Assembly (NCBI GenBank): GCA_919902485.1
Contig: CAKKRB010000240.1
Location: 1-32,057, forward strand
Length of the DNA: 32,057 bases
Source: Omnitrophica bacterium GWA2_41_15
GTDB lineage: Bacteria > Omnitrophota > Gorgyraeia > Gorgyraeales > Gorgyraeaceae
Direction: 5' to 3'
The notes under the pieces are model-generated. The model saw nothing but the letters and a program-made list of their open reading frames with translations, did not search any database and had not been told where the DNA came from. Positions 25,686-32,057 of this stretch are shown one piece after another. Position 1 is the first letter of the stretch, and every line of letters begins with the position of its first letter. The translations under genes and the position numbers were made by a program.

Positions 25686-26890
25686 AGAAAAAAAATAAAG
25701 TTTTAATATTAGTAGAGAATTTATCAGTGCCGTTTGACAGGCGCGTATGGTTAGAGGCCAGGGCCTTTAAAGAGAAAGGTTTCGGGGTAAGTGTTATTTG
25801 CCCGCGCTTCAAAGCTGAAAGGGCTTTTGAAATACTGGAAGGCGTAAATATATACAGGTATAGCGCCCCGCTTTCTACCAGAGGCTTATTAAGCTATATA
25901 ATGGAATTTTCATATTGTTTCATAATGACTTTTTTATTAAGCATGCGGGCGCTTTTAACGCATGGTTTTGATTATGTGCATGCGTGCAATCCGCCAGACA
26001 CATTTTTTATTATAGGTATGTTTTACAGGGTTTTCGGAAAAAGATTCGTATTCGACCAGCATGACCTATGTCCAGAGGTATATCTTGCAAAATACGGAGA
26101 GCATAAAAAAGATTTTTTTTACACAGCGCTTTTATTACTGGAATACCTGACCTATAAAACAGCATACAGGGTTATCGTAACGAATAAATCATATGAAGCA
26201 ATTGCGATATCCAGAGGCAGGCTGGATCCAGGGAAGGTTTTCGTTGTAAGAACCGGCCCTGATCTAAACAGGTTAAGGCAGGCAGTTTCTGTTCCTGAGC
26301 TAAAAGCAGGAAAAAGATTTCTTGTCTCATATCTGGGAGTCATGGCTTTGCAGGACGGCGTAGATTATTTTATACGAGCCATAGACATTATTGTGAATAA
26401 GCATAAGCGCAGCGATATCTTATTCAGTTTAATAGGAAGCGGAGATACTATAGAGGATTTGAAAAAGATGAAAGATGACCTGGGTCTTGGCAGATCAGTG
26501 GTATTTACAGACAGGGTTTCGGACGATAAACTTGTAAATTATCTTTCAGGTTCGGATGTCTGCATAGCGCCTGATCCTAAAAATGCCCTGAATGATAAAT
26601 CAACCATGAACAAGATCCTGGAATATATGGCAATGGCAAAACCCATAGTTTCTTTTGACTTAAAAGAGGCCAGGTATTCTGCGGGAGATGCGGCGTTGTA
26701 CGCAGAACCTAATAACGTACAGGATTTTGCAGATAAAATACTGGAGCTCCTGGCTGATCCGGAAAAGAGAAGAATAATGGGCGGCATCGGTTACGAAAGG
26801 TTAAAAGGCGAATTATCCTGGGAATATAACAAAAAGAGGCTGATAGATGTTTATACAGTTAAAGAATGTCATACTTTCAATGTTAGGTAA
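25682..26890 (+). CDS. GT4-family glycosyltransferase (WbuB-like)
   Basis: N-terminus KVLILVENLSVPFDRRVW and C-terminal ...KILEYMAMAKPIVSFDL... typical of this GT4 subgroup. Confidence 0.8.
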   Translation: MKKKNKVLILVENLSVPFDRRVWLEARAFKEKGFGVSVICPRFKAERAFEILEGVNIYRYSAPLSTRGLLSYIMEFSYCFIMTFLLSMRALLTHGFDYVHACNPPDTFFIIGMFYRVFGKRFVFDQHDLCPEVYLAKYGEHKKDFFYTALLLLEYLTYKTAYRVIVTNKSYEAIAISRGRLDPGKVFVVRTGPDLNRLRQAVSVPELKAGKRFLVSYLGVMALQDGVDYFIRAIDIIVNKHKRSDILFSLIGSGDTIEDLKKMKDDLGLGRSVVFTDRVSDDKLVNYLSGSDVCIAPDPKNALNDKSTMNKILEYMAMAKPIVSFDLKEARYSAGDAALYAEPNNVQDFADKILELLADPEKRRIMGGIGYERLKGELSWEYNKKRLIDVYTVKECHTFNVR

Positions 26891-26904
26891 CACTAATTAT
26901 TCTC

Positions 26905-27286
26905 GCCAGCCCTGGCAGGTTTTGAGAAAGGCCTCGCCGATTCAAGCGGGCACGGTGCCCTGCCTCCAGCCTGGGGCCGTTCGGCACAGAGATGCTTTCG
27001 GCGTGCGCTACGGTTTACAGCTAGTTTTTTATACTGAAGGTAGTCTTGACAGTATAAAAAACTTCGCCGTAATCCCTTGCGCACTTATATTCAAAAGAAT
27101 CAATTATGCCGAAACCTCTCAAATGTGCCTCAGACCCCAGCCTGCACAGGGCGAGCGACCCTTCGACAAGTGGTTCGACAGGGCTCACCACCTTGAACCA
27201 TCCTGAGCGAAGTCGAAGGGGCTCAGGGTTCTTAGAGTCCCGAGCGAAGCCGAGGGACGTCTTTTCGAAAACCTGCCAGGGCTGGC
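26905..27286 (+). repeat. Copy B (complete) of the ~380-nt GC-rich structured element with perfect 19-bp terminal inverted repeats; MITE-like element or structured ncRNA gene
   Basis: gccagccctggcaggtttt (26905-26923) is the exact reverse complement of aaaacctgccagggctggc (27268-27286). The interior aligns to copy A. No plausible coding capacity. Confidence 0.9.
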
Positions 27287-27288
27287 TA

Positions 27289-29352
27289 ATGCGATATGTG
27301 TTCGTCTTTATGCTTTTATGTTCATTTGCACTTTTACCTGTCAGCCTATTTGCTGAAAAAGAGGAAAAGGGATGGTCCCCTTTTTATATCCCATGGAACT
27401 ATTGCCCAGGTTCTAAAGTGGATATGAGTTTTATGCTTGATGCGCCTGCTGGAAAGCACGGCTTTGTAACTGTAAAAGACGGCCATTTTTATTTTAAAGA
27501 CGGCAAGAGGGTAAAGTTCTGGGGTTTAAACCTGCATTCGAATACCGCGTGTTTTCCTAGCCGCAGCCAGGCCCAGGATGTTGCGAAGAGACTGGCGCAG
27601 CTTGGCTGCAATATTGTCAGAATGCATCTTTTGGATAATGAAGACCCGGGCGGAATTATTGACGCGTATTATAAGGACTCGCAGCATCTTTCAACTAATC
27701 AGATGGATAAATTAGATTATTTTATAGCTGAATTAAAAAAGAACGGCATATATGTATGTTTTGATGTGCTCGGGCTTGGCGCAAGAAAATTCAAATCAGG
27801 CGATAATTTACCCCAGGCTGATGTCCTCAGGCGCGGCGCAGACGGCATCTCATTTTTTGATGAACGGATAAAAGAACTAAGCAAGAAATTTGCGCTGGAT
27901 TTTTTATCCCATGTTAATCCCTATACCGGTAACTCTTATCTGAATGAACCATGCGTTGCTTTTGTAGAAATGACCAATGAAAACACGCTGTTTCTGGGAA
28001 AATCCCACAAAGACTTTCCTTCTTATTATGAAGAGGAAATTCAGGGGATATGGAAGAAATGGCATAGTGATAAAAATATAAAAAGCAGTTATAGGGATTG
28101 GTATGAGGACAGGCAGTTCTTATACGAATTACAGGATGGCTATCAAAGAGATATGCATAAGTATCTTCGCTCGATAGGCGTAAAGGTTCCAATAGGGGCT
28201 TCTAATCTGCCTTATGATAACCTTGGCCTTCTTGCTGACAGCCATATGGATTTCACAGATATTCATGTCTATTGGGATCTTTCCGACGAGCTTGTAAAGA
28301 TACATAACAGGCCGCTTATAAAACAGGATCATGCTAACCCTCGTACCATGGTGAATACCATGTCTATTGCAAAGGTAAAGAACAAGCCTCTTATTATTAC
28401 AGAATGGGGGAGTGTGTGGCCGAATGACTGGAGGGCTGTAGATGTTATTAAAATAGCATCATACGCGGCCTTAAACAACTGGGATGGGTTGTTTATGTAT
28501 TCTTATAACGGCGGCTGGGGAATGTCGTGGGATGGCCTTGAAAACAGGCTTTATTATGGGACAGTGGTGTTCAATGATCCCGCAAAAATGGGGTTATTTC
28601 CTGCAGCAGGGCTTATATTTTTAAGAGGGGATATCAAAGAAGCTAAAAATACTTATAAAATTTCTTATGATATAGGAAAACTTTTTAAAACATACGATAT
28701 GTATGAAGACAGGACCAGGCTGGCAGGCATTCCTTATGTATCAAAACTGGAGAAGGATTTTAATGAGGCAGGGAATTCAATGTCCAAAGATCAGGCTTAT
28801 CCTTATATAAAGGAGTTACGGCCGCAGGGCATTGTTAAGTCTGATACAGGCGAAATTTTAAGGGATTTTAAAAAAGGGATTTTTATGCTGAACGCGAGAA
28901 ATGCATTTTCTTTCTCTGGTTTTATAGGTGGCCAGGATACAATTCCTGCATCAGATAATGTTAGTTTTTTCACAGAAAAAGACTTTGCGGCCTTTACCAT
29001 AGTTTCCTTAGATGGCAAAAATATTATAGATTCAAAAGATCTTTTGCTTACAGTTGCAGGACGGGTAAGGAATAGAGATCAGAGTTTTGCGCCGCATATA
29101 ACAAAAAAAATAAATGATCTGAATAAAGATGTGTATATTTTAAATAAAGGGTCTGAACCCATAACAGTGGAACCCATAGAAGGCGTGGTTACGATAAAGA
29201 AGTCTGATGACAGAGAACGCATAAGGGTTTTTTGTCTAAATGAAAATGGCCTTATAAAATCAGAGATTCAGGCGGACAGCCGTAAAGATTATTATTCTTT
29301 CAGGGTATCAGGGGCCAATAGGACCATATATTATAAAATAGTAAAGGAGTGA
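27289..29352 (+). CDS. Secreted clan GH-A (GH5-like, TIM-barrel) glycoside hydrolase. The ATG at 27289 is preferred; the ORF-track start at 27106 lies inside the repeat.
   Basis: Signal peptide MRYVFVFMLLCSFALLPVSLFA. CNIVRMH, MTNENT (acid/base NE) and IITEWG (nucleophile E) motifs. Confidence 0.6.
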   Translation: MRYVFVFMLLCSFALLPVSLFAEKEEKGWSPFYIPWNYCPGSKVDMSFMLDAPAGKHGFVTVKDGHFYFKDGKRVKFWGLNLHSNTACFPSRSQAQDVAKRLAQLGCNIVRMHLLDNEDPGGIIDAYYKDSQHLSTNQMDKLDYFIAELKKNGIYVCFDVLGLGARKFKSGDNLPQADVLRRGADGISFFDERIKELSKKFALDFLSHVNPYTGNSYLNEPCVAFVEMTNENTLFLGKSHKDFPSYYEEEIQGIWKKWHSDKNIKSSYRDWYEDRQFLYELQDGYQRDMHKYLRSIGVKVPIGASNLPYDNLGLLADSHMDFTDIHVYWDLSDELVKIHNRPLIKQDHANPRTMVNTMSIAKVKNKPLIITEWGSVWPNDWRAVDVIKIASYAALNNWDGLFMYSYNGGWGMSWDGLENRLYYGTVVFNDPAKMGLFPAAGLIFLRGDIKEAKNTYKISYDIGKLFKTYDMYEDRTRLAGIPYVSKLEKDFNEAGNSMSKDQAYPYIKELRPQGIVKSDTGEILRDFKKGIFMLNARNAFSFSGFIGGQDTIPASDNVSFFTEKDFAAFTIVSLDGKNIIDSKDLLLTVAGRVRNRDQSFAPHITKKINDLNKDVYILNKGSEPITVEPIEGVVTIKKSDDRERIRVFCLNENGLIKSEIQADSRKDYYSFRVSGANRTIYYKIVKE

Positions 29353-29356
29353 TAAT

Positions 29357-30808
29357 ATGATAAAAGAAAAAGAGCAGCTTTTTAGAAAATTATTGATGGC
29401 AATAGACATTTTTGTGGTAGCTATCTCTTTTCTGCTTTCCTATATCTTAAGACAGCATATCCATTTATTCTACAAGATTGACATCTTTCCGGGGAAGCAA
29501 TTAATAGGGGATATGTATGTCTCTGTGAGATATTTCAATATCCTGCCTGTTGTGCTTTTCAGCTGGTGGGCTAGCCTTATGTCATCCGGGTTATATGAAT
29601 CCTTCCGTAGAAAAAGCTTTTTCGAGATAATATGGGGAATAATAAAGAGCGCTTTTTTTGTAATAATAATTCTTTCTACCATAGAGTTTATATTTAAACT
29701 GGAGTTTCTAAGCAGAAGTTTCATATTGTTATTTTTCTTGATAACCTGTGTTTTGCTGATCATAGAACGTTTTTCAATAGTGTCTTTTTTACGGCACCTG
29801 AGAAGACAGGGTTATAACTTCAGAAGCATCTTACTGGTTGGCACAGGCCGAAGGGCAGAGAATTTTATCAAACTTGTGCATAAACACAGCGAATGGGGCC
29901 TGAAGATAATCGGGCTTATAGACGCTGATAAAGATATGGCAGGCAGGACAATCTGCGGGGAAACCGTGATAGGAGTCCTGGACGATATACCCGATATATT
30001 GAATCAAAAGGCTGTGGATGAGGTTATATTTATAGTCCCAAGGTCGTGGCTCTCTATTATTGAAAAAAGCCTTCTAGCGTGTGAATTGCGAGGGGTAAGG
30101 ACAAACATAGCCGCTGACTTTTTCAATCTAAATATAGCGCGGTCTGTATCAAGCGACATTGAGGGAATGCCTCTGCTCAGCTTCCAGACAACAATAGGGG
30201 AAGAATGGCAATTGTTATTAAAGAGGATATTTGATATAATAGCATCATTGCTGGGCATTGTCATATCCGCGCCTGTTTTTATAGTGCTGATCGCGCTTAT
30301 CAAGTTTTTGTCGCCTGGCGGCCCTGCCATATTTAAGCAGGTAAGAAGCGGTCTTAACGGCAGGAAGTTTGTGATGTATAAATTCAGGACAATGGTTAAC
30401 GGCGCAGAAAAAGACAAAGACAGGTTGAATGCCTTCAATGAAATGGACGGCCCTGTATTTAAGATGAAGAAGGATCCCCGGGTTACAAAATTCGGAATTT
30501 TCTTAAGAAGTTCCAGTCTGGATGAGCTGCCGCAGTTATTTAATATCCTGAAAGGCGATATGTCTATTGTAGGGCCGAGGCCTCCTATTCCAGTGGAAGT
30601 TGAGAAATATGAAATATGGCAAAGGCGCAGGCTTAGCATGAAACCAGGCCTAACATGCCTGTGGCAGGCCAACGGCAGAAACAATGTGGATTTTGAAAAA
30701 TGGATGAGACTGGATCTGGAATACATAGATAACTGGTCGATAGGCTTAGATTTCAAAGTCATATTAAAAACAATACCGGCTGTCCTGTTTTCAATAGGGG
30801 CCAGGTAA
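29357..30808 (+). CDS. Polyprenyl-phosphate sugar-1-phosphate transferase (priming glycosyltransferase, WbaP/EpsB-type)
   Basis: N-terminal TM segments, central CoA-binding-like domain, C-terminal bacterial sugar transferase domain with DELPQLFNILKGDMSIVGPRPP. Confidence 0.92.
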   Translation: MIKEKEQLFRKLLMAIDIFVVAISFLLSYILRQHIHLFYKIDIFPGKQLIGDMYVSVRYFNILPVVLFSWWASLMSSGLYESFRRKSFFEIIWGIIKSAFFVIIILSTIEFIFKLEFLSRSFILLFFLITCVLLIIERFSIVSFLRHLRRQGYNFRSILLVGTGRRAENFIKLVHKHSEWGLKIIGLIDADKDMAGRTICGETVIGVLDDIPDILNQKAVDEVIFIVPRSWLSIIEKSLLACELRGVRTNIAADFFNLNIARSVSSDIEGMPLLSFQTTIGEEWQLLLKRIFDIIASLLGIVISAPVFIVLIALIKFLSPGGPAIFKQVRSGLNGRKFVMYKFRTMVNGAEKDKDRLNAFNEMDGPVFKMKKDPRVTKFGIFLRSSSLDELPQLFNILKGDMSIVGPRPPIPVEVEKYEIWQRRRLSMKPGLTCLWQANGRNNVDFEKWMRLDLEYIDNWSIGLDFKVILKTIPAVLFSIGAR

Positions 30809-30826
30809 AAATAAAGGCAATGGCTG

Positions 30827-30857
30827 TGCAGGGGAGGGTTTTAAACCCTCCCCTGCA
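30827..30857. repeat. GC-rich palindromic hairpin (tgcaggggaggg-ttttaaa-ccctcccctgca) after the priming transferase gene; terminator-like or a member of the small-palindrome family
   Basis: 12-bp perfect stem 30827-30838 / 30846-30857. Shares the GGTTTTAAACC core with 690-718. No T-run follows. Confidence 0.8.
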
Positions 30858-30885
30858 ATGCGCCAAAATTAGCCATGGAGGATTT

Positions 30886-31440
30886 ATGAAGAAAATATTT
30901 TTGTGTATTTTGTTATTTTCTTTTCTTGCAGGATGTTCAGCTGGTAGCAGTCAGGACAAGAAGGTTGTTGCGCAGATAAATAAGTATAAGATGACGATAG
31001 AAGACCTGAAGTATGAGTTTAAAAATGCGCCTTATGATGAAATAATGTTTCTTAAAACAGAAAACGGGAAGAAAAAATATCTTGAGGGTATTATAGAAAA
31101 AGAAGTGCTTTTGCAGGAAGCCCAGCGTCATGGCATAGACAGGGAAAAGGATTTCATGAAAAGCATTGAAAACTACTGGGAGCAGGCGCTTTTAAGGATA
31201 CTGCTTGAAAGAAAGAGCAGGGAAATATCAAATCTTATAACTGTGTATGATAATGAAATAGAAGAGTATTACAAGGATTCAGGGGAAGACCTGCCTCTTT
31301 CAAAGGTGAAAAACGAAATAAGAGACATTATAAAACAAAAAAAACAAACAGAGGCAATGGATAATTGGATTGAAGAATTAAGAAAGAGGTCTTATATAAA
31401 AGTGGATGAAAGCATATTAAAAGAAGTGGAGGGATTATGA
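30886..31440 (+). CDS. Lipoprotein with a SurA-N-terminal-like chaperone domain (EpsD-like position; no rotamase domain seen)
   Basis: Lipobox LLFSFLAGC, GGAGG Shine-Dalgarno at 30877-30881, helical Lys/Glu-rich body. The ORF-track start at 30820 lies in the hairpin. Confidence 0.55.
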   Translation: MKKIFLCILLFSFLAGCSAGSSQDKKVVAQINKYKMTIEDLKYEFKNAPYDEIMFLKTENGKKKYLEGIIEKEVLLQEAQRHGIDREKDFMKSIENYWEQALLRILLERKSREISNLITVYDNEIEEYYKDSGEDLPLSKVKNEIRDIIKQKKQTEAMDNWIEELRKRSYIKVDESILKEVEGL

Positions 31441-32033
31441 AGCACAAAAGAAGGCGTTATTTTATAAACAAGGCTTTTCAGGCAGAATTTATATTAAAAT
31501 TTTGCGGACTCGTAATACTGGGCTCAGCCCTATTTGGGATATTATTGTATCTGTTCTCCAAAAATGCGCTGACAACTTCCTTTGAAAATTCCAGGCTTGT
31601 GATTAAAAGCACAGCTGACTATATTTTCCCAGGGCTTATATCCGGCGGCCTGCTAGTGGCTGTAATCACAGCGCTTTCAGCCACCATAGTAGTTGTCCTG
31701 ATGACGCACAGGATAGCCGGACCCATGTACAGATTTGAGAAGTACATAAGGGAAGTTGGCTCAGGAAAGCTTTATTCAGATTTAAAGATACGGAAGAAGG
31801 ATCAGTTTCAGAACATGGTTGAGGCATTGAACAAAATGACAGACGACCTTAAATTAGGCCTCGTGGAGGTTAATGATGTATCCGGGAAGCTGGATAAGTT
31901 AATAGGAGAGCTTTCTGACAGTTCAAGCAGGGAGATCCTTTTAAGGGAAGACATAAAAAGAATAGTCAGCGAGCTGAAAAAAGACAAGCAGAACCTGACA
32001 AGGGCCCTGGAGTATTTTAAAATTAAATATTGA
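31437..32033 (+). CDS. Small membrane protein with two TM segments and a HAMP-like linker followed by a coiled coil
   Basis: TM1 around aa 20-40, TM2 around aa 68-88, then HRIAGPMYRFEKYIREVGSGKL...FQNMVEALNKMTDDL (HAMP-like). Confidence 0.6.
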   Translation: MKHKRRRYFINKAFQAEFILKFCGLVILGSALFGILLYLFSKNALTTSFENSRLVIKSTADYIFPGLISGGLLVAVITALSATIVVVLMTHRIAGPMYRFEKYIREVGSGKLYSDLKIRKKDQFQNMVEALNKMTDDLKLGLVEVNDVSGKLDKLIGELSDSSSREILLREDIKRIVSELKKDKQNLTRALEYFKIKY

Positions 32034-32046
32034 TACTCATTTGTTT

Positions 32047-32057
32047 AGCCAGCCCTG
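32047..32057 (+). repeat. Probable start of a third copy (C) of the large element, cut by the window edge
   Basis: gccagccctg matches the first 10 nt of the left terminal repeat at 26905-26914. Only 10-11 nt are visible. Confidence 0.4.

Noticed and set aside
26905-27286. Retron msr-msd, a group II intron fragment, an IS-associated guide RNA, or an autonomous IS
   Set aside because: The terminal inverted repeats and a long internal hairpin superficially fit a retron ncRNA. However, no reverse transcriptase, transposase, IscB/TnpB-like or intron-encoded protein ORF lies adjacent or anywhere in the 32 kb. I therefore leave it as an unclassified non-autonomous element or structured RNA.
1-32057. 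tRNA, rRNA, prophage, integron or defence-island content
   Set aside because: Intergenic space is tiny apart from the repeat elements. I saw no cloverleaf-like or rRNA-like sequence, no integrase or recombinase, no nuclease, helicase or methylase gene pairs, and no attC-like array. All large ORFs have ordinary housekeeping or polysaccharide-biosynthesis signatures.

Overview
AT-rich bacterial chromosomal segment; the taxon cannot be determined from the sequence alone. All 23 credible genes lie on the + strand. 390-3962 holds a housekeeping trio, folC-mnmE-folE. 4092-31440 is one large Wzx/Wzy-type exopolysaccharide or capsule locus. It encodes an outer-membrane barrel, a Wza-like exporter, a Wzc-like chain-length/tyrosine-kinase protein, an HTH-HD-GYP regulator, two Wzy/O-antigen-ligase-like proteins, a Wzx flippase, four GT4 glycosyltransferases (one fused to a heparinase II/III-like lyase), a CelD/FemAB-like acyltransferase, a NodB deacetylase, a DUF362 protein, a PaaK/CapK-like adenylating enzyme, an AlgD-like sugar-nucleotide dehydrogenase, a secreted clan GH-A hydrolase, a priming phosphotransferase and a SurA-N-like lipoprotein. 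A small HAMP protein follows. Many start and stop codons overlap (ATGA type), which suggests long co-transcribed, translationally coupled units. The unusual part is non-genic. The window is littered with GC-rich or palindromic small elements that contrast with the AT-rich background. (1) A ~380-nt element has perfect 19-bp terminal inverted repeats. One complete copy is at 26905-27286, one edge-truncated copy at 1-378, and a probable third starts at 32047. It has a conserved scaffold, but an internal 13-bp-stem hairpin has a completely different sequence in the two copies. (2) At least seven short palindromic or repeat insertions lie in-frame inside CDSs (folC twice, mnmE, DUF362, GT-lyase twice plus its 3' end). 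One sits exactly at the junction of a GT-lyase fusion. No CRISPR array, tRNA, rRNA, transposase, reverse transcriptase or recognisable defence genes were seen.
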